From positions 812,755 to 876,754 of the forward strand of contig RHPI01002438.1 of assembly GCA_009103225.1 (NCBI GenBank): DNA of 64,000 nucleotides. The letters are read 5' to 3'. Made by a program: the position numbers and the translations under genes. This stretch comes from Chlorokybus atmophyticus (taxonomy: Eukaryota > Plantae > Mesostigma and Chlorokybus algae). The notes beneath the pieces are model-generated. The model ran no database searches. It was not told the DNA's origin and saw only the letters and a program-made list of their open reading frames with translations. This document shows positions 1 to 19,844 of the stretch, one piece after another; the stretch's first letter is position 1; each line of letters opens with the position of its first letter.

Positions 1-1086
1 CATTGCGTGCTGTGTATGCGGTAGCGACTGATTTTGCCTCCTGGTACCGTGCACAAGCGCTGGTGTTGTTGCATGTAACAGCCTGTGCACACATCGAATC
101 TTGCTTGCCGTCTCACGTGAACAAGTTAAGGCGTCGGATGGTGGGACCATATGCGATTGCATTCACATCATTAAAGTCAGCAGACGCATTACTGTCAGCT
201 GCACTCCTTAAATAATGCATCAAGCAAGAGAAAGGTGTTCATTGTATTGTTGCACAGCAGCAAGTTGCAATCTACATGCTATTACAGTGCGAGTCGTGAT
301 GTCATATTAGAGCTTGCCTTGCAATTGGTCAGCTCTATGCCATGCATGCCACATTTTTATGTCAATTGCATGTTGCAATGCAGGGAATTGCTGTGGGCTG
401 GCCTTGGTGCAACCGCTGCTCTTTGCATTGCAGCGCTGTCAAGATGGGTGATGTCTAGCAATGACGACAAGCTAATCCTCCCCTGCATTGTGCGGATTAC
501 ATGGGCCTCATGCGCAGTGTCTGTTCTGCCGCCTTCCGCCGTTCATGAAAGAGTCAGAGCATTGAGTTGGTCAACATGCTGCTGCAAAAGGGTAGGTATG
601 CCAGTTTTGGCACACAACTACACCGCATGTCATACATCCATAACATGCACGATCGATGCTAAGCAATGGAAGTTGCCGCATAAAGAGTGATTGCTTCTCT
701 GTGTGTTGTACATGTTGGAATGAGCCTCAAGCTCTCCTCGCATCCCCCAAAACTATGAAGTATATTTTAGTCATATATGTGATATGTTTAACAAAGAAAC
801 TTGGAGAGATGGCTTGTGGACATCCAACAACCGACTCTTGAGTCTCCAAGCACTACAGGGAGTGCTACCTTCCCGCAACATGCTGTGCAAGTCTAGCCAC
901 CAAGCAACGATCTGCATTACGTGCATGACCAACAGCAATATGACATGAAAAATAGGCAGCTTGCACAACTGAGTGGCGTCAACTGCAGGCCCACCATAAG
1001 TTGATGGCTTTGCATCAGGACATATCAACTGACGATTATGATCTGGATGTGGACGCTCAGGTATTGTCATTGCATAATATAAACAG

Positions 1087-2505
1087 GCCATGAAAGAGCA
1101 CATGCGCACTATTGCAGATGCAATCATCAAGCCAGGAGTTAATTGGAGGCTTTTAACAATGGGGGATGCGTATATCAGTGCGTAATGCAACGGCTGCTTT
1201 GTTCGTAAGGTTGACATGCAGCCGTGCTTTGACAGTTGTGGGTTAGACCGTCACTGCGCCTCTCTCCGTTTAATAACTCTGATTATTAAATGCGAGTCTT
1301 GCAGACATTCGTGTCACCACCCAAAATAAGTCATCAAGCTTGCGCCAATCGGCCGAGGCAACTGGATGTACATCCCATTCATCTCGAGGTGAGCTACTTG
1401 CCACCTCCAGTGCAACCATCACATTCATTGTTCCTTAATGATACAATTTGACAAGCCCACAAAGTCCGTTGCAGCCATGCCATAATGGCACATGCAGGCA
1501 AGCAGCTTAGTGCCATGCCACCGGGAGGGCCTCCAGCACACGACTCGTTTGTCGGAGAGCTGTCAGTCACCCTGCGCAAGGCACGTGGCCTCCCAACCAT
1601 ACGTTTTCTCAAAACATTTCCTCAGTATCATGTTGTAGCTACATGATGACACAACGAGTTCGGTCAGGTGCAAGGGTTGTGACATTTTGCCATGCTGCTC
1701 ACCCGCCACTTGTCTTAATCTAAACATTGGCAGTTTAGGGGTAAGACACGCACTCTCTCCGCAAGTGTGTGCCGTTGTATATTGGTTGGGCTTGTTGTCA
1801 CAAATGTACGCTGGCAGGTTGAAATCAAGGATTGGACGAAGGCGTGGTGGCAGACAATGTGGTTCCCCCTCCAAGAGAAGCTTCCTTCCCGTCACGTTGT
1901 TTTCACTGAGGGTCAGGTTAAGCTAGAGTTGGAGTACAAGTCGTTTGTGACAGAAGCGCTGCATTGTTGAATAAAAGGAGGTTGTGGAAGCTCGCGATGC
2001 AACGGATAGCGTTGCCAGTGCTGTGTGTGAGAGCGCTGATGAACTGCAGGAGATGGCTGTTGCAGGCAATGGTGTACAAGAAACAACGAGTGTGACCACT
2101 GCTACCACCGCTGCCACTAATGGTACCATCAGCACCAATGCTGCCTGCTACAACCAGCAAAGGTGCCATTGACTGTTTGAGACAGACCAACAGAACGCAC
2201 CCGGCAACGCTAACAGAAAGCCCGCCGACACATGGCACCGATCTTACCTTACACGACATTGGCGACGAATTGAAGGGTCTGGAGTAAGGGGCGAAAGGCT
2301 CGCTTTCAAAGGCGCACCTAATACTGGTAACAATAATAATAGTGGTGCCAAACAGGCGAAAGAGCAGGAGAAAGAAAAGAACGTCACTATCGAGCTGAAA
2401 GATCCTGAACCGAACCGAGTGAGGTCACAATATCTAGCTCTTCACGCGAGTATTGAGCCCACTGAGCTTGTGACTCAAGAAAACAACAAGTCGCTTCCCA
2501 CGTAA
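1087..2505 (+). pseudogene. Probable decayed C2-domain protein gene, 3' part
   Basis: Plus-strand fragments read HDSFVGELSVTLRKARGLP (~1540-1595, like C2 strand 1) and WWQTMWFPLQ...GQVKLELEY (~1846-1937, like a C2 end). A tail ...QENNKSLPT* ends at 2505. The segments are interrupted by stops and could not be joined cleanly. Confidence 0.35.
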
Positions 2506-4018
2506 ATAACAGAAGGTATGCGTCTGTGCAGAATGATGTCCGAAGTTGAAGAACCGACTCTACTGGCTCACAGAGTTGATGATGTATGCCGGGCTGATCT
2601 GGATCGCAAGCGGGCTGCTGGTTGCATTGGCTTTGGGGGAGCGCATATTCAGGTAGTAGTGCAACAGGCGATAGACACCTAGGTCAGTTGCGGTTGCTGC
2701 AGAATTGGCGAACATCGTAATCAATACCTCCAAAGCCACTCTCACGCCCTAGCACCTGGTTCATCACCACCACCATGGGGGGTTGTACCTAGCAATACAT
2801 GGCAGGTAGTTGCTATTCGCGAGTGCTCATGAAAGCCTGCACTCGTTGGCATAGCCATGTGCGCGAACGTCTCCTTGGTGGTTGCGCACGTTGTCGCTAA
2901 GTACTTGTGCGGCGTCACAGGCGCTTAGCTGCTCAGCACTGGTGAGGTCCTCATGCTGCCGGTTGCCAACAGTGTTACTATGGTTGTTGTTGTTGTCACT
3001 GTTGTTGTTGTTGTTAGTATGAATGTCGTTATAGTTGTCATCATGGCCAATGTCAGTGTGGGTAGCAGATCACGTTTGTAATGTTGCGCAACAACCTGCA
3101 GTTATGGTAGGCACTCAGTCATGCACTGATGATGACTACATGGTGTAGCAACAACATTATGTAACAGCATTCGGGTTGGCCCTCGGCCCCGGTGATGCGG
3201 CTGTCTGAGTGACATCTTCGCGCAGCGCTGTGCACACTAAGCATGCCGCACCCGTTTAATGCGAGGGCGACGCATGTGGCGCACTGGTTGTGGAGCGTGG
3301 AGTACCTTCATGGCTAGAAGGCACGCAGCAGCAGCAACCACAACCTCAATGTGGGGTTTGGGGCAGGAACACTTTGGCTACGCTCAGGAGATTCTCAAGA
3401 TGCATGTTCCATGTGGAGGGTGCTTACATGCACAATTGATCAATACAATCTGCTTGATAATGTCTGAGATTGTAAAAAAAAAGTAGGATATCTATGTCAG
3501 CTGCACGGATGTATACAAGGTTGTAACTACAAATTTGTCGAAGGTGGTTGTTAAATTATTGGCTGGGGCTAGAAGGCATGTTGCACTATACAGGTTTGTG
3601 CCAATCCCTGTCATTCAGACTCGATGGCTTTTGCTCACACTCAAACTGTGAGCCATCAATTATGTGCCCTTGCAAAGCAATCACTACTACGTGCTTATTT
3701 GACAGTTCACGAGTGTCTGCATTGCCGAGCAGCACACACATTGTAGAAGCACACGATCAGCCCTGTTTTCATGCGTGAGCACACCGCACATGCAAGTCAG
3801 CACACTTAACAACGGGGAACTTGAACTATTGAAATACGCATTTAAACTTACAAGTTCTTACAACTAATAATTACATGTATACAGCACCCTCAAGCAAGGT
3901 TTCCTAACACATGCCGCATCCCACCTTGTTATGTGCGCGCACTTGACACGCTCACGAGACATGTTCAAGTGTGTGTCGTCTTGTTCAACATGTACACGTA
4001 ACAACTCCAAAAAGTAGA

Positions 4019-4662
4019 TCACCCACCTCCGCATCCACCTCCACCACCACATCCGCCTCCACCTCCACATGCTCCTCCCCCTCCACATGCACCCCCACCA
4101 CCACCTCCACACCCTCCCCCTCCCCCTCCCCATCCATACTCCCCAAACAATCCCCAGCCACCATGCGATGCTCTGGACCTGCTGCTGTACGGTCTTGCTA
4201 ATGCTGTTGTTGTTGTTGTTGTTGTTGCACGCGCGTGTAGCGATGGGGGCGGACGCCTCGGGGCACCCGCGGCAACGAGAAGCACCTGATGACAAGCACA
4301 CATGGAGCAGCGTTGAATATGTGTGTGTGATATGTGGCTCGTTGAGTGTTATCATGCGCTATGCGCACCTGAGTTGGCTCCATGACACGTTGCTGAGGTC
4401 TCGGGTTGAATACCCTCATTGTGGGCGGTTTACCATGCGTGGCTTGAAGCCTCACCCTGCGCCAGTAAGCATCCTGCACAACAACAACGACTAGTTATCT
4501 TAAGCACGTTGTTGCAATCAATAACAATAAAGCGTGCAAGAGACGGGTTTCTTTTCTTACCATATCCGACTGCGACACCTTCTGTGTCTCCACCACCTGC
4601 GTGGACATAACACGCAGCACGCCCACCGCGAACGCAAAGGCCACCAGCTCTGGAACTGTCCG

Positions 4663-4712
<50 letters not shown>

Positions 4713-7490
4713 CTCTCAACATGGCTGGTGTGATCAATGTAGTGGAGGAGCATAACGTGGTTATATAAGCAAGTGTGTGTGTTCTCACCAGCGTGGCGGT
4801 CTTTGATTGTCAGGTGACCGGTAATTAGGTCGATGCGGACGGCGTGGAGGATATTGATGGCAAAGGAAACAAAAGGCGTGTCGTACCAGGTGTGAGCTTC
4901 CGAGCCCGCCTGTGTTGTGAGCCAGATGCTCAGCCATCGTTGGCGCATAGCATGCGGTGTGAGTAGACTTCTTGGTTGAGTTAAGCAAACCTTGTGTAGA
5001 CGGAATGCCTGCAGTGGGAATGACCCTCGGTCGGCAGGCATGCCTGGAACACACGCATACGCAGAGCGCTTGTTTGTGACTTGCACATGAATTGCATTGG
5101 CGTGCGTGTCTGCGTGCAGGTTTGCATGCGTGCGTGCGTGCGTGTGCATGCCCACATACCCGTTTGTCCGACCCACATCCCTTTACACACTCCCCAATCC
5201 CCTTCCCTTCCTCTTATGATCATCGCTCTCTCCCCCTTGGCTTCATCCAGCGTCAAACCAACAAGTCTCCGATTCACTTGATCCGGCCTCGGCAGCTCGT
5301 ACGGCCCGCTCATGTGCGCCGTGGCTTCGACTGCATGTGACTTTGCGTCTCTTACGATCACGCACGCACGTGGGGGATGCGTTGGGGGAGCGAAGGCGCA
5401 ACCCGATGGTGTGGTTGCGTTGTAGACAACCTGGAGGGATGGAGTTAGTTGCGTTTGGGTGTGTTGGTGGACAAGTGGTGGTGCCTTGCCTGTACTGTGA
5501 AGATGGGTTGACCGTACGTGTCGCATACGGTGTGCGTGGCTGCGTGTCCTTCGACGGGATGCGTGAGTGCGAGCGGGTCGCATGGCATGCCCAACGTGTC
5601 GGGACTGGCGTTGTGCTCCACCTGGAAGGGCATGTCACCTCGAGATGATGAGCTTAATGTGCGTACGTACATAAGATTGTAGGTGTGTGTATATCTCCCA
5701 ATGTACAAGTTGAGCCTACCGCAAAGATGTCTTGAAGATTGCAGGGTGTAAACTCCCTCGTGATCACCTTCAACCCCAGGGTGCCGTCGGGCATAAGAAA
5801 TTTATCTCGCTGTACTGCCTCGTTTGCATACCCACACGGACTCCCCCGCAGCATGCTCCCGTTCACGTCATAAGCATCCCAAAAGTAACTGGTCCACAGC
5901 TTGCGCGAATCCTGCGTGCGTGCACACGCTCACTCACACCACCAACAATCACAACCACAGCTACAGCCACAACACTATTACTCACCTCAGCAGCAAGATC
6001 CAGCTTCGACCCCTGCCTCCTGTCATTCATGGTGTCATCATGTCCAAACACCCTCCCACCCCACATCGTCGTCTCTCTCGCATACTCCATCGGGTGCATC
6101 ATGTGGGCGTGCCAGACGAGGTCGATGTCGAAGGCGGGGACGAGACAAATGGTTGGGTGGAGGGAGTGCAAGTAACAGAACTGGTGGTAGCGGGTGACGG
6201 CGGAGGGGAGGAAGGTGTGGGTGTCGGCGTAGTGGGGGAGGGCAACCTGGGGGGTGAGGGAAAAAGGAGGGTGAGGGGTGTGTGCTGATGGTGATGGCTG
6301 GCGAGTGAGCAGAAGATAGAAGCATGCAAGCATGTAGTGACATTGCATGAACACGCGCGTGCATGCACGCCAGTGGACACGTGCGAGCGCGTGCCTACGA
6401 ATGCGCATGTGTTTGTGTGTGTAAGTGTGTACGTGGGCGTGTGCACCTGTGCTTACGTACCCCAACGCACATACTGGCATATACATACACTCCTGCACGC
6501 GCCTACTCTCCACATACGCACCTGGTAAATAAAGTCCGCTTGTCGCAACGCCGCTCCCTTGATATCATACTCGAACTTCGACTTAAACCTCACCACCTCA
6601 AACAAATTCGCTCCCTCCAACTCAAACGGCACTCCGGGGTAGCGTTCTTCCCAGGCAACACGTCCACGCCGCTGCGCCCGTACACGCTCCTCTACATCAA
6701 GTAGAGCGTGGTCGAGGAGTCTACCGAACACACGCTGCGTGTCGGAGGCGTAGAGTGTGGGAGAGAGCATGTGGCATTGCCACACCCATTGCACGTCCAG
6801 GGGAGGGGCGAGGGTTGTGGGGGTAAGACTGTTGATGCTGCCTGAATATGGAAGGAGTAGCAGCTAGTGAATGATGAGCGTTGGTCGTGCGGGAGTCACA
6901 CGCAGCGTGCATCGAGTGAGTCACTTGCTGGCAAGCAACAACAACAACAGTGACAAATATGTTGTTGTCGTTGTTCTCAACCAAGCTCACTGCTTGTATT
7001 GTCGCTGTCTGCTGCTTGGGTTTCTTCCGCTAGAAGTGGCAGCCAGTACATTTCATAGCGATGCAAAGCCGCTGACAGCTCGGGACCTTTTCTCAACAGA
7101 CTGGGCAGGGTCAATGCGACCTGGCAATTGAACAACCATGAGACAATAGAAAGAAAGCAGCAAAGAAGAGGACCAGTACAACCAACAACATGCACGTAAT
7201 TGTTATGCATGCTTAGGGTGGCAGTGTCTAACGCACAGGCTTGCCAACCACAGCAGCAGCAGCAGCATTAGACTCGCTCACCTCCAGCAGCTGGTTTCTG
7301 AGCCTGGCTGCTGCGGCAGTCAAGTCCACGGAAGACTGCACAGACACAGCAAGCAAAAACGCATGTAAATCAAGCTGCTGCATGTGAATCAAGCAGCTTC
7401 ATCAGCAGCATGCAATGGCGATGTTGAAAGGCGACTACCCATGCGTGCCTGTATCTCGTCGAGCCTGGAGTCCGGTCTGCGAAGAACCAT
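4019..7490 (-). CDS. Glycine-rich domain-containing protein (GRDP1/2-like), multi-exon
   Basis: Exons encode GPELSAALHRYEMYWLPLL, AWEERYPGVPFEL...YDIKGAALRQADFIYQV and AVTRYHQF...LVPAFDIDLVWHAHMMHPMEY...FGHDDTMNDRRQGSKL. The C-terminal GGC-repeat tail ends at TGA 4019-4021. The putative ATG is at 7490. Confidence 0.85.
4664..4711. repeat. (CA)n microsatellite, intronic in the GRDP gene
   Basis: Direct dinucleotide run. Confidence 0.95.
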
Positions 7491-7493
7491 GGT

Positions 7494-7555
7494 CTGGCCT
7501 AGCCTAACCTGGCCTGGCGTGGCCTGGCGTGGCGTGGCGTGGCGTGGCGTGGCCG
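7494..7555. repeat. Pentamer tandem repeat (TGGCC/TGGCG) just upstream of the GRDP start
   Basis: ggcctggcgtggcctggcgtggcgtggcgtggcgtggcgtggcc is seen directly. Confidence 0.8.
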
Positions 7556-7669
7556 ACTCGGTTTAAGTCTACTCTACCAGGCCAGGTTTCAATGTAACAA
7601 ACTTCGAACCCAGCAACTCAACCAGGCAGTCTGCCGCTGCCGCTCAGCTCAGCTCAGTTGAAAATTGTC

Positions 7670-9441
7670 ATGTTGTCGTTTGTGCGAAAGGCAGTGCCCA
7701 GGCGGCAGGCCAGGCATTCCCCCCTACCGTTTGCTAGCGTTGCTAAGCAGGAGGCCTGGCCTTGCTCAGCCACCGCTCTTGTCTTGTTGGGAATCTTGGC
7801 CCTTGCTTTGGCTCTCACGCGCTTGGCATGTGTGTTGCTCGGCTCTTTTAATGAGAGCGGTATTTATACCACAGGCTCTGCTGCAGGGATGGCCTTTAAA
7901 GAGTTACATTCCACACATGTGTGTCCACGTTTTGCAGCTGTGGAAGGTGTACGAATTGTACAGTACAAGCCATGGCGCGATGTACAATACAGGCTACACA
8001 TGGTGTGTACATCGTAAATTTCAACATCAGAGTATGATGCTTTCAAGCACGAAAAGTAATGTATCTCTCATACTCTTATGAAGGTGTTTAAGCATATTGC
8101 TGCTGATAATAAAATTGCAACCGTAATAAAGTACGCATTGATCTTGTAAAAGCAAATGGTGTACATGCATGCATATTTGGGTCATATTAAAGTACGGTAC
8201 AACCAAAAGATGAATGGGTTATTACTGGTTGTATACGATATGTAACGTGCGTATAAAGAGGATTAAAGCTAAAATAAAGCATTATGTCAACAAGCAAGCA
8301 ATGTAACTATGAGACTATCAGCTTTTTATCTATGGAGAGAAAATGCTCGCGATAAATGAAAAGGCATGATATAGACGTTTTAAAACATTTTATTGATATA
8401 CCAGCTTGGGTAAGTATTCGGCAAGCTTACTATGCTAGTAAAGATTCGGTAACATGAAGAGACGTATGTCTGGGTAACCAATATTACCAAATAAAAAGCT
8501 CATCGGCTTTTGCGCATGGTGTGCGGAAGGGATAATGTGTGCGGAGGCAGGCGGAAGGATGAAATGTGGACATATGGGTGATTGCGAGCGAGAGTGCGAG
8601 CAAGAGAGCGAGCAAGTACGAGAAGGGAACATGTGTATCTATACTTTTATGCACAAACAGTACAAATTTGCTTTTTAGCATGCAATTATCATTCAACCAA
8701 TGTCTACAAAATAAAACTATACATCCAAAAGTTGCACAAACAAGTTGAGTGCTAATGCGGTATAATGCGCATATTAATATCTCACGCGTGGATGTGTGCC
8801 AATTGGCATCGCGATGTGTATGCAGCGATCGTATTCAGACAACGAGGTGTTTGCACATAAATACAAGTGATTGTTCTCGGTTTACAAGTACTCACGTTAG
8901 ATGTGTGCTTCATGCTAGTATTACTTGATGTGAACCCCCCGCTCCCCTGTATTTATTGAAAGCGCTGAAATATGCATAGTATACAATCCAACCACAATGC
9001 GCTAAACCGTAGCCCTTCATTTAAGAATGTCATTTGCTACTTGCTGACACAGTGCTGCTTTTGTCACGCAAGCGTCTGCTGACATGCTGCTTGTCTAATA
9101 ACTGGTCGCTTTACCCCTAAACGGACAACGTCACTACATCACATGCAATTGCTTTGCGACGCAAACTCGATATAAGAGCACAGTCCATGAGATTGAGAAC
9201 CCTGCTTGCAAGAGACGCAATCACGGTGTCTCTGACAACGAAGCCATTTGTACATTTTTTCAATGACAACGAAGTCATATTGTGGATTGAGCAGCCGGTC
9301 CATTCTCGGACCTCGGATCCATCGCAGCCGTCGAAACCCGCGCCTTCCCACAAGTCACGTGACACTCTCGAGGGCGAGGCCACCACTGCGCTTGCGGCCA
9401 AGCTCGTCACCGCCCCTGCGGTTGGGCCTAAAACAGCGTAA
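7670..9441 (+). CDS. Possible small membrane protein gene, structure unresolved
   Basis: ORF 7658-8017 has a hydrophobic stretch (ALVLLGILALALALTRLACVLL) followed by a possible GT donor. ORF 9154-9441 may be a last exon. No domain was recognised. Confidence 0.2.
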
Positions 9442-9940
9442 AAGAAAGGGAAAAAGCAGTAATATCTATGTGCTGGGTTCAGACTCTGGACTGGAGAGAG
9501 AGAGACAATACCACTCAACACACTGTGTTAAGGTGGGGGCCTATGGATGGGCATCACCTCTAGGCTGACAAACAGCGTTTGAGGTAGGTGTGAGCAGCAG
9601 GCTCAACAAGACTGTGTTGAGGGGAGGGGTGTTGTGGGGTAGTGACAGGGGTTGGCGTAGTCTAGTACAAGTGGTTGTTGTTGTCATAGCCAGTGTTGTT
9701 GTTGTTGTTGCTGGTGCTCGTAGTGGTAGTAACTGCACTGTTGTGTTGCTGCAACTGCAACAAGTTGAGAGTGACAGAGCATGCCAGTTGCACACAGGAT
9801 ACATTCAAGGCAGGCTGTCATAAGTCTCTCTCGCACAGGTCTTGAACTTCACCCTTCAGCACAGGACCTTTGAATGCTGTGAGACGTTGGTTCAGCTTTA
9901 ACCCAACCGAAAGGGGGTTACAAACTACACAACAACAACA

Positions 9941-14782
<4,842 letters not shown>

Positions 14783-16070
14783 TGGAGTGGATGTAGGTGA
14801 TATGTTAGTTGAGTCTGAATGTAATGTGTTGTATTGTACGCTACAGTGCACAAATAGATGTGGAATAGGGTTGCTGTATGTGTATAGTTGAGACAAGCAG
14901 GCGCTCACGCTCGCCGAGCACCTCTGTTGAGTAGAAAGTGACTGTGCTGTTAAAGGGTTTGCCACACGTCAGTCATCTGCACTGCGGTTTCACACCTTTC
15001 TTGACATGTTGTGCGCAGTGTCTCCTTTCCCATCCACAATGCCTGAGTGGCAACTTGTACTAATCCTTCCATGGTTGAGAACTCAAAACACTTCATCTGG
15101 GCAGCGCGTTAGTCACACAGCGCATGTGACTCGTGCAACACAACGGGCAATGATGCATCCAAGATCTAGATGAAGCCATTGTGAGCGCGTTCTGAGAGAC
15201 AATGGTTTTTGAATGAGGGCTGTTGGTCGCAACCAGGACACCACATGTACCCAATACTATATATACAACCAACTGTACAACGATGTCACAAACCACGTGG
15301 TACAAGCTTATTGCCTTGAAGCAGACACTCATGGCACCCACAGCTGGTCAGTCACAAGTAGCAGTGGGCTCACAGGTTGGGTCAAGGCGTTGCCTTGTGA
15401 CAACATGACCTCTACATATAAACATAGGTGTGTGTAACGTGCTGTGCTGCTCTACATCACATACAGTCTACCTCATGCGGTCACGCACTCATGCATACCA
15501 GCCACGTTGCGCACAGCGTTGTGTAAATCAAGTGTGGCACTTTCTCACCCTTGTCAGCGCTCTGCTGCTGGCAGACTCTGGATACTAAACCGAATAGCTG
15601 CCTAATCTGCTTGTCATGCCGCTGCCAATGCACAACCAACCAACTGAAGTGTCAATACTGCAGCGACCAATGGCTGCTGCATTCACCTCGTGCGGACGTG
15701 CCCACTGGTGGGCACGCGTGCTCCAACTGTTGTACCGACCAGCTGCAGGAAAGAAATCAGCGCTAGTCCTGACGAAAACACATACCAAGCTGGCAAAGGT
15801 GGCATAATTGAGTGCAAGCTATTATAACTTGTGGCCGCTTATGAAGTAAACACCAGGTCACTTCCTGATGGCGGCTGAGGTTGACGACATCGACAACTCA
15901 GCATGCATGCATAGCACTGATGAGTGTGCGAATAACATTTTAACAAGAACTCTATATGGGAGTTGCTGTTCTATGTGTCTGTAAGCTATTGCCCAGTATA
16001 TACACATACACATACACACGAGCTGGGCGAGAGGACAGTGTCGGCACCTGAATCAACGAAACAATGCCGG

Positions 16071-18238
16071 CTATTCCATGGCTGGTGATGGCGGCCTGTT
16101 GCCGGGTGAACTGGGGCGGCGCTGCTGGTCCCGCGGCATTTTGACCACAACCACGGGGATCGGGCAGTGATGCACGCAGTAGTCACTGACGCTGCCGAGT
16201 GTCGCCCTGTGCATAAACGTGGTGCACGTTTAGACGGGATACGACGTCCAGCAAGCATTTTGCCGAGTCAGTTTGATTCTTCAAGACCTTGAAGTAAAGT
16301 GTTGCCATGCTCGCAGGGAGCTTACCGTTTCTGTTGGCCAAAGCCTCTACTGCCGACAACCAGCAAGTCAGCGGCTAACTGCTCCACAACATCCACGATC
16401 GCATCCCTGGGGTTGCCTTTCTCCAGCAACACGTCGCACATGACCTGTGCAGCACATATGAAAATGCAATACAATCATTCCATCTGAAGCGGCCACCCTT
16501 CAACTCAGTTGCACGTACATTCCTGGAATGGCATGCATCGTACAATTCTTCGATCAAGGAATCACTGGCCTCATCGGCAAAACTCAGCAACGCTTGCTCC
16601 AGCTCCGGATTCTGCAACTCAGTCACTGCCATCCGCAACAAGCATGGGTCAAGTGAAACAGCGGTACAAGAACAATCTTCCCGCAAGTGCATTTGCTATA
16701 CATCACACTACAAGTGTGTTAATCATCTAACTACACAACTGACTGACGATCTTGAAGTCCCTCAGATACAGTACGTGTACACTCAACAACTACTCTTACC
16801 TTTGTTGCCTGAGCTGTAGTAGGCGGCCTTGAACGGCGTCTGCACGTGCAGGCAGACTACCCTATCCTGGTCACGGCAGATGTTGTCCAAAGCCCAGAAT
16901 AGAGCATATCGGCTCTCCGCTGAATGATCCGTAGCGATAACGACAATGCGATTCCTGCGCATCTGCGCCTGCTGGTCTGCTGTCTGAAGGAGAAACAGAT
17001 GTGGCGTTAATGCCTGCGTCTCGCCATGCAAGCACATGCAAAACAATTGCTATCCTTGTCTCCAACGCACGGACAAGCTTGACAACTGTGAAGCATTCAT
17101 TGAGCCAACTGCAGCAGCAGGCATCAACATTCTTCCCACATCACGACCCATTGAACAAGGTTCAACAGGGAGTATAACAAGACTCACTGATGCATAAAAC
17201 ATGTAACACTCAAGCATGCGCGCACACAGACAGGATTGGTTCTGGGCCAACCAGAGGGAGTCAGCGAACAACAACAAGCACACATACAGTGGGTGCTGGG
17301 GCGACAACGACTGCGCTTCGAGAGTGCAGCCTTGATGATGATGGTGGCGGCTGTGGCGAGGGTGCGCGACGCTGCGGCTGCGGCTGTTGCTGCGGCCGAA
17401 GTCGTGGTCCCACCGCTGCTTCAATGCGCAGAGGATGCCGAGTTTTGCGGGGAGCAGTGCCACAAACGCGCAGAGGAAGCCTAGAAGGTTTGTGCAGCTG
17501 AGGCCGCAAGCTGGAGGTGTGTGATGCCTGCAGCGACCAGTGCTGCATTGTCAATGCTGTGTCCCAACTTGTTGACCAACCACTGACAATAACAACACAC
17601 ATAAACACCGCTGAGCAATGAGGCACTGGATTGTTCCAGTCCTGCTGTCACATGCAAGTTATGCTGATGACAGACAATGTGCGGTAGCTGGTTTGATGGC
17701 GCTGCTGTGTTCTGCTGCGTATAACTGCCACCACATGCCACACAGCTACTCAGAATGCCAATGTCCGAGATTGGCAAAGTTATATCTGCAACAGTCAGTA
17801 GCATGCAAGTCTATACACCGTGCAAAGTCCTCTGCCAACACGACGCAATTGTGCTGAACTCTCAACTCTTGCCAGCACTTGCTGGCTGCAGCATAGCTAG
17901 AGAAGCCTCCGGAGCCACAGCCACAAGCACAACACTGTTGATTCTCAGCCAAGGTCACCAAGTGCTACACATACACATACAGTCTGATCGATTCCGTCGG
18001 CACCTGCATGCATGCTTGGCCAGGAGAGACAACGGCCAGTTGAAGTAGATAAGCCAATGCAGGTCTACAATACGAGCAAGCTTAATGTTGCTTCACAACC
18101 GAATCATACAAAGTGTCCAACGGATGAATGATGCAAAAGCCAAAACCCTAACAACAGCAACAACGCCCTCACCGCTACCGTGGGCGACACCCCCGCCGCC
18201 GTGGCAGACAACGCGGTGGCTGCCGTCGCGATAGCCAT
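16071..18238 (-). CDS. Universal stress protein (UspA-like) domain protein with low-complexity N-terminal extension
   Basis: Exons encode RIVVIATDHSAESRYALFWALDNI, EKGNPRDAIVDVVEQLAADLLVVGSRGFG and GSVSDYCVHHCPIPVVVVK, then TAG at 16071-16073. The 5' exons and start codon are uncertain. Confidence 0.85.
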
Positions 18239-18910
18239 CGCAGCTGCCTTGTGACGAATTACTAATGGGGCCTCACGCCAAATGATGGCAGACGCCCCTC
18301 CGCTCCCAAGACGCACCCCTCCCCCACCCCCACAACCACCCCGCCGCCGCCGCCGCCGCCGCAGAGACAGCCACCCTGAGAAGTGAGAACTTTGCCGTTA
18401 CTGCAATGCATTGTTTTGCTGTTACTGACCTGAGTCGTCAGCGGATCCGGAGTGGTAGCACTGTCGCAGTGCCAACTCAGCAGCAATGAGACAACTGTTG
18501 AGCAACGAGCAAAAAGGAGCGTTAATGTGGGTTCGTTTCATGAGATGTACCGTGATGGTCGGCATCCCCGTGAGAGCATTCCGTGACGAAGTCTGCGAGG
18601 GTGCAGCAAGCGGCGGTGACTGGTTATGAACGTGTGCATGGCAAACGCGAAGCAATGCACGAGGATACTGGTCTCGCTGGATAGTCTACTGGAGTGCGTT
18701 CAGGTCAACACACACACACACATCTTCTCCCTTGTAATCAGGTGTGTCATTGATTGCGTGTATTAGCAGTCGGTGGCATTGTGCGTGGCATGGTAGGAGT
18801 GTGGGGTAGGTGGGAACAGGTATGTGCATAAGCATTTTGTGTGCGATGTGCTTATACATGATGTTATGTCATGGATGGATGTGTTCGCGTGTGCTTATGC
18901 GTGTGAATGC

Positions 18911-19054
<144 letters not shown>

Positions 19055-19844
19055 ATTATGTTGCGTGCTTGTCACGAGTACTAGCATACGCATTGTGGAT
19101 ACCGGTGCAATCTCAACCACGCTGCGTGCACACACACACACATACACACACACGCACCATGGCCAGCTTGGACTGCGTCTTTGACGTCGTTCTTAAACTC
19201 AGTGACTTGACACAGTTTGTTCAATAGACAACATCAAATGTTAATCAAAGTTATAAGCGATAACTTTGCTAATGTATATGATATATAATCATGAGCATAG
19301 GTCATAGTTTATGGTAAATTGTTTATATACTATGAACATAATCAATACGTTCATCGTTTACGCATGAAAGTTTGTAAACAAATTATCACTCTGCCCATGT
19401 ATATTTTACATGCAACATGAGCAATGCAGACCGCTAAAGCCAACAGCTGGCGACGGCAAAATTGTAAAGGAACTTCGTAGTCAAATCATGCATGCTGCCT
19501 TACAGCGTGGGCTTCGTTATCATTTTTTTGCGCGGTTCTGCTGATAATCATTTGCCCTTGCTGCTTCACTTGCTCTCTGCCCCTATTTGCACATTGTAGC
19601 TAGCTTTATCGCACATGCTCTGATATCACATGATAGTAGGGCCCCTACCTGCATGTTGTTTGCTTGTGTGATTGATTTGTATGCGTGAAGGTACTGAGCT
19701 TGCTGCTGTTGTGTGTGCAGAATGTGAGCCACTTGTGGACGGACTAATTATTGTTATAGAGAGTGGCTTCGCACTCTCCCTGGTGAGCTATTTAACGGTG
19801 TTTAGGGGCTACTGCATGATGTGCATGGTATGAGCCACTGATAG

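Noticed and set aside
771-1217. 148-aa minus-strand ORF considered as a transposase or recombinase fragment
   Set aside because: No catalytic motif was found, and the plus strand gives a more plausible spliced reading.
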